Positions 1 through 18,706 of a stretch of 64,000 bases of DNA are shown here, piece by piece. The position numbers were made by a program, and so were the translations under genes. Within the stretch, counting starts at the first letter, position 1. The number at the start of each line of letters is the position of its first letter. This stretch comes from Scenedesmus sp. PABB004 (Eukaryota), in the NCBI GenBank assembly GCA_014905635.1, contig JABVCE010000010.1:1116001-1180000 (forward strand), written 5' to 3'. The notes below the pieces were generated by a model. That model searched no databases. It was given only the letters and a program-made list of their open reading frames with translations, and had not been told where the DNA came from.

Positions 1-577
1 AGCCCCGCCTGCAGGTCGGCGCCGCCGGGGATCTGGTCGAGCTCGATGACCACCGCCGGCACCGCCAGCTTCGCGAAGAGGCCCTTGGCCTGCAGGGCGG
101 CCGCGGGCAGCGGCTGGGCGGGCGGCGCAGCGCGCGGCCGCACGCCGCGGGTGCCAGCTCAGCTCGTGGGGCTGGGAGCTGCAGGGCGCCGCACCTCGGT
201 GCAGTAGGGGCAGTAGGTTTTGCTGTACACGACCACCTTGTTGTCCGCGACGGTCGACTTGACACTGTCGACCTGCGGCGGCGGCAGCGGCGGGCAGCAG
301 CGGCGGGCGTCGCGTCGCGCGCCGCGGCGGCGCCCCGCCGGCTGCAATTGCGTGCAGGCCGCGCCGGTGCGCACCATGGACGCCCTGGTCGCCAGCCGCA
401 TGCGCTGCGCCCCGCGATGGCCTGCGTGGGTGGGCGGAGGCTGTGTGGGTGGTGGCGTCGCGGCGCCGCTGCTGTGTGGCTGCCGTTGGCCCCCGCGCGC
501 TCGCCGCCCGCCCACGCACCGCCCGTGGGCACGCCGAACGCGCGCTGCGCCCAGCCGCGGATGCCGGTGGCCTGCAT
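1..577 (-). CDS. Class I (CPYC) glutaredoxin with probable organellar transit peptide; 3' end runs off the window
   Basis: Spliced exons (ATG 577; 272-195; 89-9) give MQATGIRGWAQRAFGVPTGGHRGAQRMRLATRASM|VDSVKSTVADNKVVVYSKTYCPYCTE|AKGLFAKLAVPAVVIELDQIPGGADLQ, with the canonical VVVYSKTYCPYC motif. Confidence 0.9.
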   Translation of the reverse strand, partial: MQATGIRGWAQRAFGVPTGGAWAGGERAGANGSHTAAAPRRHHPHSLRPPTQAIAGRSACGWRPGRPWCAPARPARNCSRRGAAAARDATPAAAARRCRRRRSTVSSRPSRTTRWSCTAKPTAPTAPRCGALQLPAPRAELAPAACGRALRRPPSRCPRPPCRPRASSRSWRCRRWSSSSTRSPAAPTCRRG

Positions 578-975
578 GCTCGGTGCGGCGGCGGTGCGGT
601 CCGGCTCCAGCGCAGGCGGCGGCAGCTGTGCGTTCTCAGGCGGCAGCGGGGCGTGTGAGCGGGCGCGAGGGGCAAGTGGCAGAGCCGGGCGTGGCGGGCC
701 AGGCGGCGGCCGGCGCCGGGGCCGTCGCGAGCGGCGGTGCAGGCAGCGCTGCGCCCTTCTCGCCGCAGGGCGAGCGGCTCGCCGCGCGTGCGGCTAGGCG
801 GCGCGGAGCTGGGGCTGGTGCGGGGGCTGAGGGGGCGTGCTGAGCTCGCGGAAACAGACCGCCCGAGCGCTGGCTGGCCGCCGGCGCGCGGACCCCGGGC
901 GGCGCGAGCCACGTTGCCGCCGCTGACCTCGCCGCGCGCCCCACCGACCGCCGCACGCGCGCCAGCCCCCCGCGC

Positions 976-8870
<7,895 letters not shown>

Positions 8871-9316
8871 CGCGGCCGCTGGGCGGTTTGTGGCGCTGGA
8901 CGGGGTGCGAGGAGCCGGGAGGGAGCGGTGCGGGGGTCTGTCGTGCGCGCGGCGCGCCGCGCCGGCGAGTGGTGGCTGCGCCGCTGCTGCCGCCGGCGGG
9001 TGTGGTGTGCGCGCGCTGCGGGCGCAGGTGGAGAGCGAGGAGGCACACCGGTGTGGGGCTGTGGGCGCGACCGTTGGGGCGTGGGGACGCTGACAGCAGA
9101 TGACGACTGCAGAACCAGCGTGCGCCTCACACAAAGCTCTGTTCGCGCCGGCGAGTCCCCGATCGGACACTCTACGCGTACTCAAACCTCCACAGCGGTC
9201 GCGGCGATCCGGCGCCCGGCCCCGCCACGACAGCAGCGGCGCGGCCCACATCTCTTCCCCTCGCAGCCCGCGGCGGGCGCGCCTATACGCCGGCGCGTTC
9301 GTGCCCGCTCCCTCTC

Positions 9317-11581
9317 ATGCTCCCCGGCCTGCTGGCACAGGCGGCGCGCGCGGCGGGCAGCTGCAGTCTCGCGGCGCAGCAGCAGCAGCAGCTCCCCGGC
9401 GCCTGGCGGCTCGCGCGGCTGCTGGGCGGGGCGGGGCTGGGCGGAGGCCCGTCCACGCAGCGCCGGGGCGCCGCGCAGGCGGCCATGGAGCAGCAGCAGC
9501 CGCCGCCGGCGCCGGCGGAGCAGCAGCAGTGTGCGCAGCAGCCGGCGCCGGCGCCGCATGCCCCTCCCGCGCAGCAGAGCTACCCGCCGCCCGCCGCCGG
9601 CGGCGCCAAGAAGACGTTCTACAAGCGCAAGCTCCCCTGCCCGCCGGCGACCGAGTTTTCGTCCGCCGACGGTGCGCCGCCCGCGTGCGCGGCGCCGCCG
9701 CGCAGCGCCGCCGCCCAGCGCTGCCGCACCCCACGCCCGCGCCCGCGCACGCATGCAGGGCGCATGCTCTTTGGCGAGGCGCTGGCGGCGGGGACGATGA
9801 CGGGGTTTTTCAAGCTCATCGAGCAGTACAGCACGCAGGACGAGCCCGCGTTCTGCGGGCTCGCGAGCATCGCGATGGTGCTCAACGCGCTGAGCATCGA
9901 CCCCAAGCGCCCCTGGAAGGGCAGCTGGCGCTGGTTCCACGAGGAGCTGCTCGACTGCTGCCTGCCGCTCAACACGGTCGCGCGCGAGGGCGTCGTGCTC
10001 TCGCAGGCCGCGTGCCTCGCAAAGTGCAACGGCGCCGACGTGTCGCTGCACCGCCACGGCACGTTCAGCCTGCAGCAGTTCCGGGCCGCCGTCGTTGACG
10101 TGGCCGCGAGTGGGGAGGAGCACATCGTGGTCAGCTACAGCCGCAAGGCCTTTGGCCAGACCGGGGACGGGCACTTCAGCCCCGTCGGCGGCTACCACGC
10201 GGCGCGGGACCTCGTGCTCATCCTCGACACGGTGCGCCGGCGCGGCCAAGGCGGCAAGGCGGCAAGGCAGCAAGGCAGCAAGGCAGCGGCACGGCGGGCG
10301 GCGGGGCAGCGGCAAGGCGGGCGGGGGCGGTGGGGGCGCGCCCGCAGCAGCACCGCACGCGCGCCGCCGCTCAGCGGTCGCCGCCGCGCGCCGCGTCGCG
10401 GCGCAGGCGCGGTTCAAGTACCCGCCGCACTGGGTGCCGCTGGCGATGCTGTACGACGCGATGGCCGCGCTCGACCCGACGACCGGCCAGCCGCGCGGCT
10501 ACCTGCGCCTGTCCGCCAACACCGCGCCCGACAGCGTGCTCTTCACGCTCGACATCCGCCCCGACGGCAGCTGGCGGCCCGCGGAGGCCTTCATCAAGAC
10601 GACCGCGCCGGAGCTGGTCAAGGCGCGGAGCGCCCGCGCCACGTGCCCGTGCCCGAGCGCGCGCGCGCCGCGCCGCGGCGGGCGGGCTGACGGGCCCCGC
10701 CGCCGCCGCCACCGCCGCCGCGGACTCAGGCCGCCGCGGCCGCGGGCGCGCTGGGCAGCCCCGAGGCGGTGCTCGGCCGGCTCGTGGCGCTCGCGCCGCT
10801 GGGCAGCGTGGGCAGCTTCATAGCGATGCGCTACGCGGCGCACGCGTGCGCGCGCGACCGCTGCGTGCCGCACACCGTGCGGCAGCAGGTGCTGGAGGAG
10901 CTGCGCGCGACGCCGCTGCACCAGGTGCGCGCCGTGGGCGTGGGCGCGCGCGGGCGCGCGTGGCGCCGCGCGCCGCCAGCGACCTCTGAGGCCGCCGACG
11001 CGCGCCGGGCCGCGCCGCCGCAGATGATCGCGCCACTGCTGGCACGCCTGCCTGAGGCGCGGCGGCTGGCGGCGGGCGAGCAGCCGGCGCCGCTCGGGGA
11101 GCAGCAGCAGCGGCGGCAGCAGCAGGCGGAGCGGGAGCGGCTCGACGCGGCGCAGCCGGGCGGCGCGCTGGACTGCCTGAGCGAGAAGCTGACCATGCTG
11201 CTCCTGCTGCAGGAGCCGGGCGCGTGGGGCGCGCCCGGCGACTGGGCCGACGCAGCGCAGCACCGGCAGTGGACGGCACTGCTCGACGCCTCGGCCGTCA
11301 GCATCGTCGAGGCGGAGGTGCGGTACATGCGGCAGCAGCTGCTCCACATCGACGCCGTGCTCCACGACGGCCGCGACGGCGCGCCGCAAGGCCCCGTGTG
11401 CGCGAGCTGCGACTTCCAGCTCGACTGCACCCTGCGCGGCTGCATCGCCGACGAGGAGGCGCGCGACGCGGCGCCGGCCGCCGCGGCGCCCGCGGCGGCC
11501 GACGCCGGCGGCGGCGGCCAAGGCAACGTCGGCGGCTGCGGCACCGGCGCGTTTGGCGGGCACGCGTGCTGCGGCCACTGA
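9317..11581 (+). CDS. PCS: Phytochelatin synthase (glutathione gamma-glutamylcysteinyltransferase), eukaryotic type, 5 exons
   Basis: TFYKRKLPCPPATEFSSADG|RMLFGEALAAGTMTGFFKL, QDEPAFCGLAS (catalytic Cys), PWKGSWRWFHEELLDCC, GQTGDGHFSPVGGYH (His), LILDT|ARFKYPPHWV (Asp). Introns 9672-9758, 10232-10406, 10623-10729 (GC-AG), 10925-11023. Second in-frame ATG at 9485. Confidence 0.96.
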
Positions 11582-12043
11582 CCGCCGTCTGGATCGGCTG
11601 GCATGCGTGAACGAACGCGCCGTGAACGAACGCGCCTGCCGGATGCCCAGGATGCCCTCGCGCCGGGGGTTGGTGATGCGACCGTGCCTCACCGCGACGC
11701 CGGCCGCACAGCTTCTGCCAGCCTCCGTGCGGCCCGCCCAAGCACGCGCGCCAGTCCCGCCGACGCACGAGTCGCTGTGCCGCGCCCCTCACCGCGCCTC
11801 CGAGCAGCCCAGCCTCGGCGCCATCTCAAGCTCTCCGCCCTCGTGCAGGTGCGCGGGGCGCGCCTGCTCGGCGAGCCGCGGGAGGCAGGGCGACCCGATC
11901 TCCGTGCACTGCGCGGCCCAGCTGGGCTGAACGCGCCGCCACACACGCCGCGCGGCGGCGGCACCGGCGCGCCGCTGCTGCGCCGGCCGCGCGCTGCTGC
12001 GGCCGGCGCCACCTCGCCACACCTCGCCACCGCAGGCGTCACC

Positions 12044-14098
12044 ATGGCCAAGCGCGCCCTCCTGGTCGGCTGCAACTACCCGGGCAGCAGCCACGCGCTG
12101 AACGGCTGCGTGAACGACGTGCGCGCGATGACGGCGCTCCTGACAACGCACCTGGGCTTTGACCCCGCGGACCTGCGCGTGCTGGTGGACACTGACCCCA
12201 GCGGCGAGCAGCCGACGGGCGCGGCGATCAAGCGCAACCTGGCGGAGCTCGTCGCGGCGAGCGCGCCCGGCGACGTGCTGCTTTTTCACTACAGCGGGCA
12301 CGGCACGCAGGTGCCCGACCAGGAGGAGAGCGACTCCAAGGACGAGGCGCTCGCGCCGACCGGTGCGCGGGGCAGGCTGGCCGCGCGGGGCGCCAGGCGC
12401 AGGGCGCCGGCCGCCGGCCGCTGGCCGCTGGCTGCGCGCGCCCACCCAGCTGTCCGCCAACCTGCGCAACACACTAAACTGCCCGGCCCGCGTGCGCCGC
12501 CGTGGTTTAGACATGAACTGCATCACCGACGACGACCTGCGGGCCATCCTGGTCAACCTGGCCGACGGTGTCAAGTTCACCATGGTGCGTGCGTGCGGCG
12601 CAGGGCGCCGACTGCTGCCACAGCGGGACGCCGCCCGCAGCCAGCGCCCACGCGCGCGCGGGCCACCGCGCGCAGGTCGCGGACTGCTGCCACAGCGGGA
12701 CGCTGCTGGACCAGCCAGAGGCGGTCATCTCGGGCCCCAAGTCCGAGGACCCCGCGGCGCCGCCGCAGCTGGCCGACACGTTCTCCGCCGCGGCCGGCCC
12801 GCCCGACGCGCGCGACACGGGCGCGCGGTGCGCGCGGCCGCGGCGCGGCGGCGCGGGGCGCGCGCGCGCCCGCCCCCGCGCCGCCGCGGCGCGAGCGCCG
12901 CCACATCGCCGCCGCCGCTCGCGGCCGCGCAGGAGCCTGCCCACCGAGGCGTTCCTGGCCGCGCTGGGCGCCAAGCTGGGCGTGGCCAACCTGAACCCCA
13001 ACCAGGCACGCATTTGGCGCCCCCGCGCCGCGCCAGCGCCGCGCCGCGCCGCGCCGCGCCGCGCCGCGCCGCGCCGCCGCCGCGCGAGCCTCCGCCCGCC
13101 GAACCCGCGCGGCCGCGCCGCGCCGCGCGCAGGTGCGCGGCGCGCTGGTCGCTGCGTTTGGCTCTGACGCGAGCGCCAAGTTTGCGCCGCTCATTGCAAA
13201 GTTCAACGACGCCCTCGCCGCGGCGGGCGGCGCCGAGGCCCTCGCCGCCCAGGTGCGCGCCGCGCGCCGCGCGCCGAGCGCGCCGCGCCGCGCCCTGCGC
13301 CGCCGCGCGCGGCCCGAGCGGCCGCCCGCCCGCAGGCGACGGCCAAGCTGGACGAGCTCGTGCCCGGCGCCGGCGGCGCCGTGGGCGGGCTGCTCGGCGG
13401 GCTGGTGGGCGCCGTGGGCGGCGGCGAGCCCGGCGGCACGGCCAGCCGCGGCTTTGGCAGCAGCCTGCTGTCGCTCGCCATGGAGATGCTGTCCGCGCCC
13501 GACGTGGCGTCCCAGCTGCCGCCCGGCGGCGCCAAGCCCGCGACCGAGGCGCAGCTGCCCGCCGGCAAGGCGGTGCTCATCACGGGCTGCCAAGCGAGCG
13601 AGACCTCGGCCGACGCGTGCCCGAGCGGTGCGTGGGGCGGGGCAGGCGTGCGCGCGAGATCGGGCCTCTTGCCGCCACCGCCGACCGACCACGCCCGGCC
13701 GCGCCCGGCCTCGCGCGCGGCGCCGCCGCCGGCCGGCCTCCGCAGGCGACCCGACCCAGGCGTACGGCGCGCTCACCAACGCGCTGACCACGATCCTGAG
13801 GGTCTTCAAGGAGGCCCACCCCGACAGCAACATCTCGCCCAGGCGCGCGCCGCGCCGCGCCGCGCGGGTCGCGGGCCGCGGGCGGGGCGTGGGCGGGCGG
13901 GCGGGCGTCTTGCTTTGTCGCGCCACGCCGCGACCGCCGACGCCGCGCGGGCCGCGTGGCGCCCCGCCGCCGACACCGCGGCGCAGGACGCTCGTGTCGC
14001 ACGTGCGCGAGCAGCTCAACACAGCGCGCTTTGCGCAGAACCCGTGCCTGGAGTGCGACGAGGGCGGCGCGGACGCGCCGTTTGTGCTGGGCGCGTGA
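12044..14098 (+). CDS. Type II metacaspase
   Basis: MAKRALLVGCNYPG...LNGCVNDV, FHYSGHGTQVP (His), VADCCHSGTLLD (Cys), long linker, then the p10 region VLITGCQASETSADA, AYGALTNAL, QNPCLEC; no N-terminal prodomain; 7 introns. Confidence 0.95.
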
Positions 14099-14585
14099 GC
14101 GGGCGCGGGCGCGTGAGCGGGCGCGGGCGCACGAGCGAGGCGTGGCGGCACCGCTGTGGTGCGCGGCCGCCGCCCAGGCCGGCCCGGGCGTGGTGTCCGG
14201 CGGGCGGCGGCGTGACACGCCCCGCCTGCCCTGGGCCACCGGCAGCAGCTCTGGCAGCACGCACGCAGCGCGGCAGCCAGTCGGCGGCGACGGCCAGCTT
14301 TCGCTGGCGGCCCGTGAGGCGCCGCCCCCGCGCGCCGCGCTGCCCGCCGCGCTCGCCGGCGCCCGTCACAGCTCGCAGGCCGCCTGGCAGCCACGCTGAG
14401 CGCGGCGCCGGCGGCGGCACCGAGCGCCGACAGCAGCGGCAAGCTGGCAAAAACCCGCCCAGCCGCCTCCCGGCCGCGCGCTTGGCCCTTAAAATGCCCC
14501 CGCGAGCTCCCGGGGAGCTCACACACGTCGCAACGCACTCCCACACCCAGCTCACGCTCTCCAAAAGCACTCGTCCAGCAGCGCC

Positions 14586-15843
14586 ATGGCGCCAAAGCTC
14601 GTGGCCGCCAAGGCCGCCGTCCGCGCGGTGCATGCCGCCGCCAAGAAGGCCCTGAAGGCTCTCCGCGACGCCACGTCGCTCAAGGTGGGCGGCGCGGCCC
14701 GCACAGCGCGGCGGGGGGTGCACCCGTCGGCGGGAGGGCCCCCGCGCCGCCACGCGCGCCGCGCGGCCCTGGCCGCCGGCTCCCCAGCTATAGCAAGCTG
14801 CCAGCGCGCTACACGCGCGGCGCGGGCGCGCACTGCGGCCGCGCGGCGCGGCACCGCCAGCGCCGTCTCACATGTCCGCCGGCGCGCGTGCGGCGCCCCG
14901 GCTGGCCCCCTTGCGCGCCCAAGCGACGCGCTGCACGTCCATCGCGTCCCTCACGCGCGCTGCCGCCGCCCGCGCGCCGGTCACCGCAGGCGCGCCTGGA
15001 GCAGCGGCAGTGCAAGGCCAAGCAGACCAAGGCGGCGCACCCGGACCACCCGCCGGCAGCGCAGGAGCAGGTGGACGCGCAGGTGGACGTACAGGAGCAG
15101 GTGGGCTGTGTGGCCTGGTGGCGTCGCGCCGCTTGCGCCGCCTCTCGCCCGGCCGCTGCGTGTGCGCGCGCGCGGCGCGAGGGCCAACACCTGCGCCCCG
15201 CGCCGCACGCCTCCTGCAGGCGCTCGCCGCTCCCAAGGGGCACCAGCCCCTGCGCGCCGACGCCGACACGAACTGCTTGGACACCGCGCCCGCCGACGTG
15301 GACACGGCCCAGGTGGCGGCGGCCGCCGCCCCCGGCGGCGGCGTGGACGCCCCCTGCGCCGCGCTGGTCGGGGCGGAGGAGGTGCTGCGCCCGGCAGCCC
15401 AGCTGCCCACCATCACGACGCCGGTCAGCAACGCCGCCGCCGCCAAGGCGGCGGCCACCAGCAGCTCCACAGACGCGACCGTGTGCGGCGCGTCCGAGGC
15501 GCCGGCGGCGGCCGCCACCGCCCCCGCCGGCGATGTGGACGCCCCCTGCGCCGAGCTGGTCGGGGCGCAGGAGCAGGTGCTGCCCCACGCGGCCCAGCTG
15601 CCGGCCATCAACACGGCGGTCAGCAACGCCGCCGCCAGGCTGGCGCCGCCCATGAGCTACCTGGGCGCGGCCAAGCGCGGCGAGTCCAGCTCGCCCCTCC
15701 AGCCTCGCACGCCCGCGCGCGGCTCCGACGAGGACCTGGCCCTCCGCGAGGCACGCATGAGGACCGACTGCCGCTTCGGCTCGATGGGCGCGCGGGTCGA
15801 CGACTGCTGGGTTGGGGTCAAGGCCTGGTCGCACGCGCACTGA
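14586..15843 (+). CDS. Hypothetical protein with basic N-terminus and a duplicated ~38-aa module
   Basis: Exons 14586-14684, 14990-15100 and 15220-15843 join in frame with GT-AG sites and coding-like codon use; no recognisable domain. Confidence 0.55.
15329..15636 (+). repeat. Internal direct duplication of about 115 bp in a coding exon
   Basis: APGGGVDAPCAALVGAEEVLRPAAQLPTITTPVSNAAA versus APAGDVDAPCAELVGAQEQVLPHAAQLPAINTAVSNAAA; DNA similarity is visible at ~15329-15442 and ~15521-15636. Confidence 0.85.
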
Positions 15844-16741
15844 GCGCTGGCCGGCAGCGCGAGCGGCGCGCGCGCGGCTGCTGCCGCGCGCGCCTGCCGC
15901 ACCTGAATAGACCTGGGGCTGTGACGCCCCCGTTTGTGGGGCAGGGGCTGCAACACGCCCTTGGCGCCTTGGAGCTGCGACGCCCCTGTGACGGCTGCTG
16001 CGCAGCGACGGAGACTGTGTATGACGGTTTGACCGGGCAGAGGTGGCCTGCCTGATGCCGCGCGTCATGGCTGGCCTGGTTTGCGGCGTGAGCGGCCCCG
16101 CTGGGCTTCCGAGAGTGGCGCGCAGCGGCGGCGGGGGCAGCACCACCCGCGTCTGCGTAGGAGGATGTGTTGCTGACCAGCCGGCGCGCGTTTGCGATTG
16201 CGGCCCTGCTGCAGCGCGCAGGGCGTCGCGTAACGCGGTCGCCGCGACGTCAAACCGGCCCGCTGGGACGGGCTCCCGCGTCGCGGGCGCCCTGCGCCAC
16301 CGCGTGCTCGCGCAGCGGTGGGCCATCTCCATAGCACAGCGCGCGGCCGCCCACTGCACTCCCGCGTGCAGGCCCCACGCGCAATGCCCAGCCCACAGGA
16401 TTCAGTGGAAGCGACTGCTCAAAGTCTGGCCGAGCGTTCAAGCTCGGCCAATGCATGCGCAAAGCCGATGTGTGTGTGCGCCGCACACGTGCGAGCCAAC
16501 TCGTGCACCGCCAAAGTACCCGGGCGCAGCCAAGTCGCAAGCAGCAGAGATGGCACCAGATACCAGGCAGGCAGCAGACACCGGCATGCGGCACAATGCG
16601 CCGCTCAGCGTGCAGGTTTCACAGTCCGGCGCGGTCAGGCAGGGACGGGGCCGTTCCCCCGTTGGTCGCCGGTTGGTTGGTGTGGTGTGTCGCCAAGCGG
16701 CGGCCCCAGCAGTGCTGCAACGGCGCCAGTGCAGCAGGCGG

Positions 16742-18192
16742 TCACGGGCGGCCGCACGCGGGCGGCGGCAGCGCGGCCACCGCGGCGGCGGCGGCAAAGT
16801 AGGGCAGCAGCACGGCGCCCGCCACGAGCGCGGCGCGGACGCGGCCGCTGTCCGCGAGCAGCAGCGCCGCGCGCGGCGCGCGCGCCACCGGCAGCGACCG
16901 CGCGCGCAGAAAATTGACCTTGAGCGCGAGCTCGATCAGGTACGCGCCGATGCAGGGCACGATCAAGAGGATGAAGCAATAGACATAGACCACCAGCAGC
17001 GCGAGCCCGCGGCCGCCGACGCAGGCGCCGGCGCCGCCGCCGGACATCGACGGCGTCGACGGGCGCAGCAGCAGCGCCGCCGCGCCGTGCGCGGCGAGCG
17101 CCGTCGACACGACGTGCGCCTCCTGGCCCGCGAGCGCGCAGGCGGTCGAGCGCACGACGCTCAGCGATATGCCAAAGGTGTAGACCTGCGCGCCAGGCCG
17201 GGCGCGGGCGGGCGGGCGGCGGCGGCGGGCGCTCACCGCGCCGCGCCCGCGCCCGCGTCTCGGCGCCCGCGTCTCGGCGCGCCCCCGCCTCCCCGCGTCG
17301 CGCGCCCGCCGCGCGCCCGCCGCGCCCGCCGCGCCCGCCGCGCGGCCCCGCGCCCCGACGCCGCGCCGCCGCGCTGCCGCGCCGCGCCTGCAGGGGCAGG
17401 AGGAAGCAGAAGGGCAGCGTGAAGTTCACGGCGTGGCTCGCCCAGATGAGCGGCGGCGACGTGATCGACCGCACGACGTGCAGCGCCGTCGCGCGGCCCA
17501 CGCGCGAGGCGTTGAGCTCGGCCGCAAACGCGGCCATGACGCCGACGCGTCGCATGTTGGCGACCGCCCACGTCACGCTGACCGCCTTGACGCCGCGGTT
17601 GGTGAGGTTGAGCGCGAAGCGGTGCCGCGCCTGCCACGCGGGCGCGGCGAGCAGCACCGCGAGCTGCGCCACGCCGGCGGCAAAGTACGCCATGGTCGGC
17701 ACGTGGTGCCAGCTGCAGCGGCGGCGGCGGCGCGCTCAGCGGCGGCGCGCTCGGCGCGGCGCGCGGCGGCGGCGGCGGCGACGCGCGGCGGCGGCGGCGG
17801 CGACGCGCGGCGGCGGCGGCGGCTCCGCCGCCGGCGCGCTCGCCGCACCTCCAGCCCGTGTTTGCGACGGCGACGCCGAAGCGGCGCATGAGCATCACGT
17901 TGATGAGGCTCGACGAGCAGAGGCCAAACGCGTCCAGCGCGCGCAGCAGGCGCACCGAGGCCCAGAACTCGCGCTCCACGGCGCGCGGCGTCATGCGCAG
18001 CAGCGGGCCGAGCGAGACGGCCGCCGGCGGCGCGGACGCAGCGTCCTGGGGCGCGGCGGCGGCGCGCGCGCGGCGGTGGGGCGGCGGGCGCCAGGGCGGG
18101 GCCAGCGCGGCCCGTGCGGCGGCGCTGCTCACGTCATCATTGGCGGCCAGGAGCTGCGGGGGGTCTTCCACGGCCGACCGGGCCCACCCCAT
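16742..18192 (-). CDS. Hypothetical multipass membrane protein
   Basis: Three exons (ATG 18192; ...VANTGW|SWHHVPTMAYFAAGVAQLAVLL...FTLPFCFLLPLQ|VYTFGISL...LALLVVYVYCFILLIVPCIGAYLIEL) with several hydrophobic helices; stop at 16744-16742. Confidence 0.7.
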
Positions 18193-18579
18193 CGTCGCGG
18201 CCGGCGTGGGCTCGGCAGCCGAGCGCCGCCGCTGCTGCTGCGCCGCCCCGGGCTCAGGGCGCCCCCAGGCCTGGCTGGCGCAGTCCCGGCCGCATGAGCG
18301 CGACTCGATCACGCCACGGCGCTGCAACCGGCCGCGGCGGCGCCTCGCTGCGCCGGGGCGGGCGCAGACGGCGGCGGCGCTGTCGCGCGCGGTGCGGCCG
18401 CACCGCTGCGGTGCGCGGCGGCCAGCGGTGCTCGGGCGGCAGCGGGGCGTGTGGCGGGCGCCAGCGGCAGGCGGACTGGCCGGCGGCGGCCGGCGGTGCA
18501 GGCGCCGCTGCGCCCTGCCGCGAGCGCCAGGCTTGTGCTGGCGGCACGGTGCGCGACACGCGCGGCAGGCCGGCAGCCG

Positions 18580-18584
18580 TTACA
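18580..18584 (-). promoter_or_regulatory. TGTAA chlorophyte polyadenylation signal of PSRP-3
   Basis: Plus-strand TTACA about 125 nt downstream of the PSRP-3 stop; TGTAA is the known chlorophyte poly(A) signal. Confidence 0.5.
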
Positions 18585-18706
18585 GTCATCGCGCAAACGC
18601 TCCCGCCCGCGTCGCCGCCGCCCAAAACGCGGCCCGCCCGCCCGCCCGCCCGCCCGCACGCTGCAGCCCCGCCCGCCCGGGCGCCCGCCGCTCGCCTCGC
18701 GCCGCC

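Noticed and set aside
9173..9181. TACGCGTA palindrome and GTAC (CuRE-like core), plus TGCGCGC MRE-like words, in the ABCC/PCS spacer
   Set aside because: Single short motifs are not distinguishable from background in this composition.
11606..11635. 15-bp tandem duplication CGTGAACGAACGCGC just after the PCS stop
   Set aside because: Local tandem duplications are common throughout the window; no evidence of function.
12044..14098. Metacaspase as a fourth member of the metal-stress cluster
   Set aside because: It is adjacent and stress-related in a general sense, but has no direct biochemical link to GSH or phytochelatin metabolism; adjacency alone is insufficient.
16427..16450. Hairpin TGGCCGAGC-GTTCAA-GCTCGGCCA with a B-box-like loop and a CCA end
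   Set aside because: No cloverleaf, D-arm or anticodon arm can be built, so it is not a tRNA; a 9-bp stem can arise by chance.
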